DNA from: an uncultured virus (IMG/VR IMGVR_UViG_3300015608_000414)
Taxonomy: Duplodnaviria > Heunggongvirae > Uroviricota > Caudoviricetes
IMG/VR virus record: IMGVR_UViG_3300015608_000414
Span: 1 to 64,000 of that record
Direction: 5' to 3' (one strand)
DNA: 64,000 nucleotides
Part shown: positions 47,291 through 57,126 of the stretch, piece after piece
Layout of the letters: each line of letters begins with the position of its first letter
How positions within the stretch are numbered: the stretch's first letter is position 1
Translations under genes and position numbers: made by a program
The notes under the pieces: generated by a model
The model's database searches: none
What the model was told of the DNA's origin: nothing
What the model saw: only the letters and a program-made list of their open reading frames with translations

Positions 47291-49819
47291 ATGGAAGTAT
47301 TAAAAACGAGAGATTTGAAAACGTTAAAAGGAACCCAGTTCGTTGATTCTTTTAGTCAAGAGATTTACGAACAAACTTATGAGTATGCAAAGGAAAGTAT
47401 TGATGGAACCTTTCAACGTGTAGCAAAAGATTTAGCTTCAATTGAAAGTGACCATGAGTATTGGACAAATGCATTTAATTGGTTATTAGAAGATTTTAAA
47501 TTCGTACCAGGCGGTCGTATTCTTTCTAATGCAGGTACTGGTCTTAAAGGTACTACTTACATCAACTGTTTCGTAGATGGATTTGTTGGAGAAGATAGAG
47601 ATTCAATGGATGGAATTTTCGATGCTCTTAAAAGACAAGGTAAAATTTTAAAGTCAGAAGGCGGTTACGGATTCTGTGCTGATACAATGAGACCTAGAGG
47701 AGCATTCATTTTCGGTATTGGTAATGAAAGCCCAGGTGCAGTAAAGATGTTAGAAATGTGGGACACACAGTCTGATGTAATTACAGCAGGTTCTGGTCGT
47801 AAGACTAAGAAAGAAAATGGTAAAATTAAAATTAGAAAAGGGGCTCAGATGGTTACAATGTCTGTATGGCACCCAGATGTAGAAGAATTCATTACATCAA
47901 AGCAAACTCCAGGTAGATTAACAAAATTCAATATGTCAGTTTTAATTACTGATGATTTTATGGATGCTGTTGAGAAAAATTTACCATGGAACTTAGAATT
48001 CCCTGATTATGAAAAATCACCAATTGAATATAGTAAAGAATGGGATGGAAACATTAAAGCATGGAAAGCAAAAGGATATCCTGTAACAGTATTTAAAACA
48101 TACGAAAATGCAAATCAATTATGGGATGTGATTATGCAATCTACTTATAATAGAAATGAACCAGGTGTATTATTCGTAGATACTATGAATAGATTAAATA
48201 ACTTATACTATTCAGAATACATTTCAGCTACAAATCCATGTGGTGAACAAATCTTACCTACAGGAGGTGTTTGTTTATTAGGTTCATTAAACTTAACACA
48301 ATTTGTAAACTTTGAAAAGAAAGATTTCGATTATGATAAACTTTCTCAAGTTTTACCTTTAGCAGTAAGAATGTTAGATAATGTAAATGATGTATCATAC
48401 GTTCCATTAGAAATTCAAAGAGAAAACCTAAGAAATAAAAGACGTATTGGTTTAGGTATCTTAGGTTATGGTTCAGCATTATTAATGATGCAAGTAAGAT
48501 TCGGTTCTGATTATGCTATTGAAATTACCGAGAAGTTACAAAAATTTATCATGAATGAAGCATATAGAGCTTCAGCTATGATTGCAAAAGAAAAAGGTGC
48601 TTGTTCAGCATTTAATAAAGAATTATTTTTAGCCGGTGAATTCGTTAAAAATCTAGATGCTGATGTAATATCTTTAATTGAGCAATACGGAATTAGAAAT
48701 TCCCACTTATTATCACATCAACCTACTGGTAACACATCAATCGTTGCAAATGTAGTATCAGGTGGTCAAGAACCTATTTTCTTACCAGAATATATTAGAA
48801 CAAGTATAATGCCTTTCCCACCAGAAGGATTATTCATTCCTAAAAACATTGATTGGTCAAATAAAACATTCGAATCTAAAACTGAATGGTCTTGGATTAA
48901 AGAAGGTGATGAAAATTTATTATCAACTCAATTTGGAGGTTACACTTGGAAGTATGACAGGTCTAGAGGTTTACTAAGAGAAACTGTCGTAAAAGATTAT
49001 GGTGTACGATTCTTAGAAGAAAAAGGATTATGGGATAGAGCAGCTTCATGGGCAGCAACAACTACAGAGCTTAGTATTGATGAACATATTAAGACAATGA
49101 GAGTTTTTGCAAAGTACATTGACAGTGCAATGAGTAAAACAGTTAATATACCATCTGATTATCCATTTAATGATTTCAAACGTCTTTATTTAGAATTATA
49201 CAAAACAGGAGTTGTTAAAGGTTGTACAACATATAGAGCTGGAACAATGACTGAAGTATTAGGTGCAGTTGATAAGAAAAAGGATGAAAGTGAATTAGAA
49301 GGTAAAATACAAAAGACAGATGCACCTAAACGTCCCAAAGCTTTAAATTGTGAAATACATCATGTAACAGCAGATGGTATTAAATGGATGGTAATAGTTG
49401 GTTTATTAGGTCAAGACCCTTATGAAGTATTTGCGTTTAAACCTAATGATATGCAATTACCTGCTAAAATAAAAGCTGGTACTCTTACTAAAATTAAAAA
49501 GGGAAGATATGATTTAAAATGCGATGGTATTACAATTGAAAATATCAGAGAGCATTTTGAAACAGATGAACAAGAAGCCCTTACAAGAATTATATCAACA
49601 GCCCTTAGACACGGGACAGATATCGAGTTTATTGTAGACCAACTTGCAAAATCTGAAGGTACAATTACATCGTTCTCTAAAGCTATCGGTAGAAGTTTAA
49701 AGAAATATATTACTGAGCAAAAATTAGAAAAAACTTGCGACCAATGTAATAGTAAAAATATCGCTTTACAGGAAGGCTGTTATACTTGTATGGATTGTTC
49801 AAATTCTAAATGCAGTTAG
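47291..49819 (+). CDS. nrdJ: Class II (adenosylcobalamin-dependent) ribonucleotide reductase
   Basis: PGGRIL, INCF, EPGVLF, TNPCGEQ, CLLGS, PTGNTS, SKTVN, KGCTTYR; C-terminal KRPK.L domain and Zn ribbon; no ATP cone and no NrdB nearby. Confidence 0.88.
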   Translation: MEVLKTRDLKTLKGTQFVDSFSQEIYEQTYEYAKESIDGTFQRVAKDLASIESDHEYWTNAFNWLLEDFKFVPGGRILSNAGTGLKGTTYINCFVDGFVGEDRDSMDGIFDALKRQGKILKSEGGYGFCADTMRPRGAFIFGIGNESPGAVKMLEMWDTQSDVITAGSGRKTKKENGKIKIRKGAQMVTMSVWHPDVEEFITSKQTPGRLTKFNMSVLITDDFMDAVEKNLPWNLEFPDYEKSPIEYSKEWDGNIKAWKAKGYPVTVFKTYENANQLWDVIMQSTYNRNEPGVLFVDTMNRLNNLYYSEYISATNPCGEQILPTGGVCLLGSLNLTQFVNFEKKDFDYDKLSQVLPLAVRMLDNVNDVSYVPLEIQRENLRNKRRIGLGILGYGSALLMMQVRFGSDYAIEITEKLQKFIMNEAYRASAMIAKEKGACSAFNKELFLAGEFVKNLDADVISLIEQYGIRNSHLLSHQPTGNTSIVANVVSGGQEPIFLPEYIRTSIMPFPPEGLFIPKNIDWSNKTFESKTEWSWIKEGDENLLSTQFGGYTWKYDRSRGLLRETVVKDYGVRFLEEKGLWDRAASWAATTTELSIDEHIKTMRVFAKYIDSAMSKTVNIPSDYPFNDFKRLYLELYKTGVVKGCTTYRAGTMTEVLGAVDKKKDESELEGKIQKTDAPKRPKALNCEIHHVTADGIKWMVIVGLLGQDPYEVFAFKPNDMQLPAKIKAGTLTKIKKGRYDLKCDGITIENIREHFETDEQEALTRIISTALRHGTDIEFIVDQLAKSEGTITSFSKAIGRSLKKYITEQKLEKTCDQCNSKNIALQEGCYTCMDCSNSKCS

Positions 49820-49860
49820 TACATTTTTAACAACCATGTCAGATATATAATAAAATTGAT

Positions 49861-50571
49861 ATGGATTTAAGAAAATGTATAATATGTAATGAGGAACATG
49901 ATTACCAGTCTGGGTTTTTTTCTAGGCATTTAAAAAATGTACATTCAATATCATTAGAAGATTATATAATATTATCAGAATATTCTAATATAGAACCTAA
50001 ATGTAATTGTGGGTATTGTAATGATAAACCGAGTTTTTATAGAGGTTCATTCTTAAAATTTAAAAGTGGTCATAATTCTTTTAAGTGGTTAGAAAAACAA
50101 TACATTAATAAATACGGCAAACCTATATGTAATTGCGGTTGTGGTAAAAATGTTAAATTTTATAGAGGTATACCTAGAAAATATTATAATTTAAAACATA
50201 AACCGGGTAAATGGAATCAAAATAAAATTCAACACGCTTTAAAATATAAAGACACGGATTTATATTATCAGTCTTCATATGAAGAGGATTTTTTAAAATT
50301 ATGTGAATCACTAAATATTTTAAATAAGCTAGAAAATGGCAAAACATATAAATACCCAGATAAGTATCGAGATATAGGTTTAAAATTAACAACGGATTTT
50401 TCACTCAATGATATTGAAATTGAAATTAAATCCAATTACATTTTAAAAAAACAAGGAGGTATGCGAGTATTAAATGCTAAACGTAAAACTGTTGAATCAA
50501 ATGGTAAAAAATATATTTTAATTCTGAATAAAGACTATAGTGAATTTCTAGAAGAGTTAAAATGTTCATAA
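49861..50571 (+). CDS. Putative homing endonuclease (Zn motifs + PD-(D/E)XK-like)
   Basis: CIIC..H..H, two CNCG repeats, YQSSYE, TDF..IEIEIKS. Confidence 0.65.
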   Translation: MDLRKCIICNEEHDYQSGFFSRHLKNVHSISLEDYIILSEYSNIEPKCNCGYCNDKPSFYRGSFLKFKSGHNSFKWLEKQYINKYGKPICNCGCGKNVKFYRGIPRKYYNLKHKPGKWNQNKIQHALKYKDTDLYYQSSYEEDFLKLCESLNILNKLENGKTYKYPDKYRDIGLKLTTDFSLNDIEIEIKSNYILKKQGGMRVLNAKRKTVESNGKKYILILNKDYSEFLEELKCS

Positions 50572-50572
50572 T

Positions 50573-50600
50573 TGAAACAAAAACAAAATATCACATATAA
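50573..50600 (+). promoter_or_regulatory. Putative early/middle promoter
   Basis: TGAAAC-N15-CATATAA upstream of the histone-like gene. Confidence 0.65.
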
Positions 50601-50622
50601 ACTTAAATTTAAAACAATTGTT

Positions 50623-50877
50623 ATGGAAAATTTCAACAAAATTAAAGAAGTTATCGCTTCAGCCGAGGAAGATGCAGTAAAGTTTTTTGATAAACAAAAT
50701 AGCGCTGCTGGTACTCGTTTAAGAAAAGCTGCAAAAGAAATTGCAGATTCAGCAAAAGCTATCAGAAAGCAAGTTTCTGAAATTAAGTCAAAGGAGAAAG
50801 AAGCTAAGAAAGCTAGCAAGCCTGCAAAAGCTGAAAAAGCTCCTAAGGCACCTAAAGCTGAAAAAGCTAAAGCTTAA
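50623..50877 (+). CDS. Histone H1-like (Hc1-family) nucleoid protein
   Basis: EDAVKFFDKQNSAAGTRLRK..I...AK.IRK motif; Ala/Lys/Pro tail (KAEKAPKAPKAEKAKA); likely start ATG 50623. Confidence 0.85.
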   Translation: MENFNKIKEVIASAEEDAVKFFDKQNSAAGTRLRKAAKEIADSAKAIRKQVSEIKSKEKEAKKASKPAKAEKAPKAPKAEKAKA

Positions 50878-50900
50878 TAAAAACGATTCTTATTTATTTA

Positions 50901-50929
50901 AAAGGGTCTCCATGGTGAGACCCTTTTTT
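50901..50929 (+). terminator. Intrinsic terminator
   Basis: AAAGGGTCTC-CATGGT-GAGACCCTTT followed by TTT. Confidence 0.85.
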
Positions 50930-50930
50930 A

Positions 50931-50958
50931 TGAAACTTTATGTCCCTAGAACATATAA
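50931..50958 (+). promoter_or_regulatory. Putative early/middle promoter
   Basis: TGAAAC-N15-CATATAA right after the terminator. Confidence 0.65.
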
Positions 50959-50980
50959 CTCTAAACTTAATCTGTATAAA

Positions 50981-51745
50981 ATGAATATTACAATTCAAAG
51001 AGTAAAAGTAAATGAATTTACCGCTTTTATCAAAAAATTAATTACAATCGATAAATTTATTTATTTTAAAATTAAACCGGCCGCAAATAAAAAATCAGGT
51101 CCAACTATTATTTCAAATTGTTACCTTCCAGAAAAGGATGCTGTTAAAGTACAATCAGTTAGCTTAGCTGATATATTTGAAACAGATGCTGTAATCGACA
51201 AGACTATTAAAATATCTTTCTTCGATGGAAGTTATGTAATTGAAGCTTTAAAACATTTTGGACAAACTGTAAGTGGTGAAATTACTTGTAAACAAGAAGG
51301 TGAATTCCTTGTTGCAACTAGTATTCGTCTAGTTAACGATGATTTAGATATCACGATTAGATGTACTGACCCAAGTCTTGGATTCCAAGATTTAACATCT
51401 GAACAAATTAAAGCTATATTTAGCATTGACGAATCAATATTCTCATTTGATGTTGATTACTTTAAAATTGAAGAGCTAAAAGGCTTATTTAGTTTAGAGA
51501 AAGAAAAAGAAACTTTTAAAATAGCAGTAACACCTTCAGGTGTAAGATTTAAAGGTGAAGTTTATAATAAATTAGTAAACTCTGAAATAGTTGCAAAGAA
51601 AGAAGTTGAAGTAATGTTTTATAAAAAATACTTGAACCTTTTTGATAAAGAATCGTATACTATTACCGTATGCCCAGTAAAAGCTGTGTTTAAATCACAA
51701 GACACGGAAACTATGATTTCAATTGCAAGTTGCCAAAGTGAATAA
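50981..51745 (+). CDS. Probable DNA sliding clamp (gp45/PCNA-like)
   Basis: 254 aa alternating alpha/beta two-domain pattern, directly upstream of the polymerase C-subunit; start 50981 lies after the promoter. Confidence 0.55.
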   Translation: MNITIQRVKVNEFTAFIKKLITIDKFIYFKIKPAANKKSGPTIISNCYLPEKDAVKVQSVSLADIFETDAVIDKTIKISFFDGSYVIEALKHFGQTVSGEITCKQEGEFLVATSIRLVNDDLDITIRCTDPSLGFQDLTSEQIKAIFSIDESIFSFDVDYFKIEELKGLFSLEKEKETFKIAVTPSGVRFKGEVYNKLVNSEIVAKKEVEVMFYKKYLNLFDKESYTITVCPVKAVFKSQDTETMISIASCQSE

Positions 51746-51751
51746 TAATAT

Positions 51752-52912
51752 ATGAGTGAATTAGTAGAAAATATTGATAATTTAACCAAACAAGAACTAG
51801 AAGAAAAGATTAAGGAATATCAAAATCTTGCTGATAGGTATTTTAACTATGAGCAATCTATTAAACGAATCCTTAACTCTATCTACGGTGCCTTCGGTAA
51901 TGAGCATTTTTATTTTTTCAATTTAGATATAGCTGAGTCAATTACTTTACAAGGACAAGACGCTATTCTTTATACAGAAAAAATGTTAAATACTTATTTC
52001 AATAAGTTTTGGCATAAAGACAAAGAGCTTCATGATAAGTTAGGCATAACTGTATCTGGTGAAGTATTTAAACCGGTTGTTATTTATATTGATACTGACT
52101 CTTGTTATGTTTCATTTCAAGAAGCTATTGAAAAATCTACATGGGATAAAGGTGAAAAAGAATTCATTCTAGCATTATATGAACATAGACTTAAAGATTA
52201 TATCAATAAAGTCATGCAGAAGTATGCGGAAGCTCATGGTACACAAAACTTCTTGAATTTCGAATTAGAGTCTGTTGCAAGAAATGCAATCTGGTTAGCT
52301 AAAAAGAAATACATTCAGAATATTAGATGGACTGACCCTGATATTCATTTTGATGACCTTACAAAAGTAAAAACAAAAGGATTTGATAATATTCAATCTT
52401 CAACTCCTTTATTTGCCAGAAAGAAATTAACTGATGCATTAAAAATTATCTTTGCTGAAGATAATTTACAAATGTCGAAAATGGTTAAATTCTTAACTGA
52501 AGCTAAAAAAGAATTTAAGTTAGCTCCAATTGAAGATATATGCTATAATGTAAGAATGAACAATTACGAAAAGTATATTGTTGATGACCAAAAAACATTT
52601 GAAATAGCACTTAAATGTCCAACGACATGTCGTTCAGCTGGATTCCATAACTACTTATTAAATAACTCTAAGTTTAGAGATAGGTATCAAGTTATCTCAA
52701 ACGGTGAGAAAATTAAATTATATCAAACTACCGATAAAATGTCGAATGTATTTGCATTCATTGCTGGTTCATATCCATATGAATTTGCTCCACCTATTGA
52801 TTATGAAGCACAATTTGAAAAATGTATGATTGAGCCTCTTAATAGAGTGTTTACTGCAATTGGCATGCAAACACTTAATAGAAATTTAATATATGCGAAT
52901 AGTCTTTTCTGA
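51752..52912 (+). CDS. Family B DNA polymerase, C-terminal subunit (motifs B and C, thumb)
   Basis: SIKRILNSIYGAFG, AESITLQGQ, YIDTDS, AKKKY, KTKG..SSTP, IDYEAQFEK; C-terminal NSLF. Confidence 0.92.
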   Translation: MSELVENIDNLTKQELEEKIKEYQNLADRYFNYEQSIKRILNSIYGAFGNEHFYFFNLDIAESITLQGQDAILYTEKMLNTYFNKFWHKDKELHDKLGITVSGEVFKPVVIYIDTDSCYVSFQEAIEKSTWDKGEKEFILALYEHRLKDYINKVMQKYAEAHGTQNFLNFELESVARNAIWLAKKKYIQNIRWTDPDIHFDDLTKVKTKGFDNIQSSTPLFARKKLTDALKIIFAEDNLQMSKMVKFLTEAKKEFKLAPIEDICYNVRMNNYEKYIVDDQKTFEIALKCPTTCRSAGFHNYLLNNSKFRDRYQVISNGEKIKLYQTTDKMSNVFAFIAGSYPYEFAPPIDYEAQFEKCMIEPLNRVFTAIGMQTLNRNLIYANSLF

Positions 52913-52945
52913 GCCTCTAAGATATATAATTAAAGCGTTTAATAT

Positions 52946-53740
52946 ATGTTTAGTCGAGATTATCAATGTGGTATTTATAAAATTACTAATTTAGTAAATG
53001 GTAAAATTTATATAGGTTCAGCTATTAGAATTGATAGAAGGTTTAAGTCACATTTAAGTCAATTAAGAGGTAATTATCATATAAATAGTCATTTACAAAA
53101 TGCATTTAATGAGTATGGAATTGATAATTTTAAATTTGAAAGAATTGAGAATGTAAAAGACAAAAATAAATTATTAGAAAGAGAGCAGTATTATCTAGAT
53201 ACACTACTTTATGCTCAGGAATATATTAAAGATAAAGATTCTAGATTTTTAGAATTAGGTTATAATATTAATCCAACTGCAGGCTCTAATTTAGGAGTTA
53301 AATATTCAGAAGCTTCTAAAAAGAAAATGGGTGAATGGATTAGAACGCCTGAAATAATAGAAAAAATAAGAAAATCAAATACTGGTCAAAGGAGAAGTTT
53401 AAAAACTAGAAAATTACAATCTAAAATAAAAAAGTTAAATCCACCAATAGGTTCTAAAAATGGCTGGTCTAAGAAAATATATCAATATAATTTTGATACT
53501 GGTGAATTAATTAAAATATGGGAATCTTCTAATTTAATATATAAAGAATTAGGATGGACTAAGCAAATTATATGTAATAATTGCCAATTAATTAAAAATA
53601 AAAATAATCAGATTATTGCATTTAAAGATTTTATATGGTCATATCATGAAATAAGCGATATAGAAACATATAAGAATATTAACCATATAATTAAAAAATA
53701 TAAATATTTAGGAACTACTGGTAATCATTATAGAAAATAA
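52946..53740 (+). CDS. GIY-YIG homing endonuclease
   Basis: GIYKITNLVNGKIYIGSA..R..H..L..H.N.HLQNAF; REQYYLD; GYNI.P.AGS. Confidence 0.9.
   Translation: MFSRDYQCGIYKITNLVNGKIYIGSAIRIDRRFKSHLSQLRGNYHINSHLQNAFNEYGIDNFKFERIENVKDKNKLLEREQYYLDTLLYAQEYIKDKDSRFLELGYNINPTAGSNLGVKYSEASKKKMGEWIRTPEIIEKIRKSNTGQRRSLKTRKLQSKIKKLNPPIGSKNGWSKKIYQYNFDTGELIKIWESSNLIYKELGWTKQIICNNCQLIKNKNNQIIAFKDFIWSYHEISDIETYKNINHIIKKYKYLGTTGNHYRK
53090..53276 (+). repeat. 187-bp direct repeat, copy 1 (copy 2 at 57271-57457)
   Basis: Two mismatches by manual alignment. Confidence 0.9.
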
Positions 53741-53753
53741 ATAAAAAATAAAT

Positions 53754-55040
53754 ATGCGTAGAAATCGTGCAACAAAAGTCACAAAATCAAAAGAATCTAA
53801 AGTAAAAGCTACAAATGAATTTTCATTTGATGACTTACAAAAAGAGCTTAAGAAGATTGCTCCTTTAGGTTCAACAATGGACGTGAGTACATTCTCTGAA
53901 GTAAGTGAATATATTTCAACAGGTAATTATATTCTTAATGCTTGTTTAACAGGTTCAGTATTTAAAGGATATCCAAATAATCGTTCAGTTTGTTTAGCAG
54001 GACCTTCAGGTGTTGGTAAAACATTCTTAATGTTAAATGCAGCAGCTGCAGCTCAAAGAATGGGTTATTATGTTGCATGGTATGATTCTGAAAATGCTGT
54101 TGATAGAGAATTAATGGAGAAGTTTGGTTTAGATACTTCTAAAGTTTGGTATGAACCTTGTAATACAGTAGAAGAATTTAGAACATCTACTACAAACTTA
54201 ACACAAAAATTAATAGATGCACAACGTGCTGGCAAGACTGTACCTAAAGTTATTGCATTCTTAGACTCTGCTGGTAACTTAGCATCCGCAAAAGAAGTAA
54301 GTGATGCTGCATCAGGTTCTGATAAAGCGGATATGACAAGAGCTAAAAAGTTTAAATCTATATTCCGTATTTTAATGACTAAAATGGCTGAAGTTAAAAT
54401 ACCTTTAATATTCTCTAACCACGTATATAATACACAAGACTTTATTTCTCAAATTAAAGCAGGTGGTGGTACAGGTCCAGAATATGCTGCATCAATTATC
54501 TTAATTTTAACAAAAGCTAAAATCGGTGAAAAGACTAAAGATGATAAAGGTAAGAAAGTTACAAAACAAGTAGGTATTGTAATTACTGCTAAACCTAATA
54601 AAAATCGTTTTGCAAAACCAAATGCAGTTAAAGTACATTTAAGATACGATAAAGGTATGAATCCTTATATTGGACTAGAACAATTCTTAGGATGGGACGC
54701 TTGTGGTATTGGTAAAGGTTCTATCGTAGATGCTGCAACTTATAAAAAATTAAAAGACGATAAGAAAAAGAAATCAGTTGAATATGCAGATGAGGCTACT
54801 GGTGAAATATTCTATTATTTACCAGATGATAAAGCTAAAACAATTGCTGTTAAACATTTAAACAGAGAAGTAAGTGCTGCTGAATTCTATTCTGAAAATA
54901 CTTTCAGTGATGAAGTTTTACAACAAATCGATGAGGTTATTAAACCTATATTCAATTACGGTATTGATGAAGAATTACCAGATGATGAATTATTCGATGG
55001 TTCAGTAGATGATGATAATGATGACTCAGATGAAGATTAA
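53754..55040 (+). CDS. uvsX: RecA-like recombinase UvsX
   Basis: ISTG.YILN, GPSGVGKT, YDSENA, LDSAGNL, DMTRAK, NHVY, GGG.G..YAAS. Confidence 0.92.
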   Translation: MRRNRATKVTKSKESKVKATNEFSFDDLQKELKKIAPLGSTMDVSTFSEVSEYISTGNYILNACLTGSVFKGYPNNRSVCLAGPSGVGKTFLMLNAAAAAQRMGYYVAWYDSENAVDRELMEKFGLDTSKVWYEPCNTVEEFRTSTTNLTQKLIDAQRAGKTVPKVIAFLDSAGNLASAKEVSDAASGSDKADMTRAKKFKSIFRILMTKMAEVKIPLIFSNHVYNTQDFISQIKAGGGTGPEYAASIILILTKAKIGEKTKDDKGKKVTKQVGIVITAKPNKNRFAKPNAVKVHLRYDKGMNPYIGLEQFLGWDACGIGKGSIVDAATYKKLKDDKKKKSVEYADEATGEIFYYLPDDKAKTIAVKHLNREVSAAEFYSENTFSDEVLQQIDEVIKPIFNYGIDEELPDDELFDGSVDDDNDDSDED

Positions 55041-55042
55041 TT

Positions 55043-55342
55043 ATGGAATTCACGCCTGAAAAAATAAAAATCAAATATATTCTTGGAATGCACAAAGATT
55101 CGCCAGTATATCCTACTGGCGAAGACATTCTATATCTAATGATGAAACGAGCTTTAGATAGAGGTGAAGACATAAATGATATTACATTCACAACTACAAA
55201 GCTCTTCAAGAAGTTAGGCGAATTCAAAATGGAAAACGCCGAAAAATCACTTAAAGACTTAGTCGACATAGGAGCTACGGAGGTGATTAGAGAAACAAAA
55301 GATAGTCAGACTTATAAAATAATAAATAATCCTTACATATAA
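55043..55342 (+). CDS. Hypothetical protein (possible winged helix)
   Basis: 99 aa between UvsX and the helicase; SLKDLVDIG..E helix-wing pattern. Confidence 0.45.
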   Translation: MEFTPEKIKIKYILGMHKDSPVYPTGEDILYLMMKRALDRGEDINDITFTTTKLFKKLGEFKMENAEKSLKDLVDIGATEVIRETKDSQTYKIINNPYI

Positions 55343-56655
55343 TGGAATTCAATCAAAATTACGAAAAACTATTCTTTAATTATAGCTTAGTTAATCCTAA
55401 GTATCTACTAGTTACTCGTGATGGATTTTATTCTAGTAAAGAACTTGATATACTAGCTTATCTAGCTAAAAAATTCTACGACAGATTTAAAGAAACTCCT
55501 AGTCGTGAACAGATGAGATTATTAGTACAAAACTCATCTAAAGCAAAAGATGTTATAACAGACTCGATGATTGATTTAGTATTCGAGTCTAATATTTCAG
55601 ATTTCGACCAGGAGTGGCTACAACGTACAGCAGAATCTTGGATTAAATGGAGAGCATTCGATAGAAGTTTATTAGACGGTATCGAATATGTTAAAACTAG
55701 TAAAGTTAGTCCAGAAAACGTTGATAATGTAATTGGTAAATTCAAAGATATTATCACTGAAAGAAATAGACTTAACTTCGATAAAGATTTAGGTTTAGAC
55801 TTCTTTAATCCAGACCATCACTATCAAAATCCAGAAGATAAAATTGCATCAGGTAAAAATTTCGTCGATGCAGTATGTTCAGGTGGATACGATAAAGCAT
55901 CTTTAGTTGTATATGCTGGTGAGCAAAATATTGGTAAATCGATTTGGTTAGCAGGTGATGCAGCCAACTTCGTTAGAATGGGATATAATACTGCATTCAT
56001 TACAGCAGAGATGAAAGCTACTAAAGTTATTAAAAGGGTTGGAGCTAATCTTCTTGATATTACAATGTCTGAATATGACGTAAAGTCAAAAGATAAAAAT
56101 TATATTTCAAGAAAATTACAAACTGTAGGAACTGGAGTAATGCCTCCTGGTAAATTATTCATTAAGAAATTCCCAACAAGTCAAGCTACTGTTATTGATA
56201 TTGAGAACTATTTAAGAGATGTTGAAGATACTGTTGGTATAAAATTAAACGCAATAGTAATTGACTACATTAACATCTTATCTAATTATAGAAATCCAAA
56301 TGGTGATAATACATATATGAAGATTAAACAATTAGCTGAAGATTTACGTGGTATGGCTGATAGAAATAACTGGTTAATTATTACTGCAACTCAAATTAAA
56401 AGAAGTGGTTACGATTCAAGTGATATATCAATGGATGATATTGCTGAATCCGCTGGTTTATCACATACTGCTGATATGATTTATGGTATTATTCAAGATG
56501 CTATAATGCATAGTAATAGAGAGTACTGGTTAAAAATATTAAAAATTCGTGATGGTGAAGGTAAAAATACAAAGTGTAGATTTGACATTGATTATGATTA
56601 TATGAGATTAACTGAATCAACCGACATCAGAGGTAATAATACAAACACACAATAA
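55342..56655 (+). CDS. Replicative DnaB-like helicase (T4 gp41-like)
   Basis: GEQNIGKS, ITAEM, IKKFPT, IVIDYINI, AEDLRG, TATQ, AES.GL..TAD, LKIRDG. Confidence 0.92.
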   Translation: MEFNQNYEKLFFNYSLVNPKYLLVTRDGFYSSKELDILAYLAKKFYDRFKETPSREQMRLLVQNSSKAKDVITDSMIDLVFESNISDFDQEWLQRTAESWIKWRAFDRSLLDGIEYVKTSKVSPENVDNVIGKFKDIITERNRLNFDKDLGLDFFNPDHHYQNPEDKIASGKNFVDAVCSGGYDKASLVVYAGEQNIGKSIWLAGDAANFVRMGYNTAFITAEMKATKVIKRVGANLLDITMSEYDVKSKDKNYISRKLQTVGTGVMPPGKLFIKKFPTSQATVIDIENYLRDVEDTVGIKLNAIVIDYINILSNYRNPNGDNTYMKIKQLAEDLRGMADRNNWLIITATQIKRSGYDSSDISMDDIAESAGLSHTADMIYGIIQDAIMHSNREYWLKILKIRDGEGKNTKCRFDIDYDYMRLTESTDIRGNNTNTQ

Positions 56656-56662
56656 ATGAAGT

Positions 56663-57094
56663 ATGAGAACAAAAATGGATAAAATATTCGACAATACCTT
56701 TGATGAATCAGAGTCAGATGGTAGAAGTATTAAATTTAAAATTGATACTGACGAGGATAATGATGTCGAAGGTAGAATGTATTCCGAAATATTAATTAAA
56801 AAGATTGATGATTTAATTACAAGTTCAGATTTTAGTAAATTAAATAAAATAAGTTCAGATGGTAAAGTTGTAAAATTAAGCAAGAACCAAATGAGTTTAA
56901 TTTATAACTATATAATTAAAAACGTAACTGACCATAGTAAGATTGATATCTTCGCGGCAACGACAGATTACTTTGATATACAGCCAGCTAAATTCTACAA
57001 TTCTTTAAGTAATATACATAAGGAAGAATTAATTTTAGAATTAGACAAGAAGATGAATATACTTGAGAAAAAAAAGATAAGAAAGTTATTCTAA
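56663..57094 (+). CDS. Probable late-transcription coactivator (T4 gp33-like)
   Basis: IDIFAATTDYFDIQPAKFYNSLSNIHKEELILE resembles the gp33 core (LEATTAFLEENSIPETQFAKFIPSGIIEKI); C-terminal RKLF. Confidence 0.5.
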   Translation: MRTKMDKIFDNTFDESESDGRSIKFKIDTDEDNDVEGRMYSEILIKKIDDLITSSDFSKLNKISSDGKVVKLSKNQMSLIYNYIIKNVTDHSKIDIFAATTDYFDIQPAKFYNSLSNIHKEELILELDKKMNILEKKKIRKLF

Positions 57095-57126
57095 CTGCCT
57101 AAGATATATAATTAAAAATATATCAA

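Noticed and set aside
50741..50980. N-terminal extension of the 334-aa ORF (and the TTG start at 50572)
   Set aside because: The extension overlaps Hc1, a terminator and a promoter; real starts are likely 50981 and 50623
47000..51850. Split intein or trans-splicing between the polymerase halves
   Set aside because: No C/S-start intein N-block and no HN-C/S/T terminus at either junction
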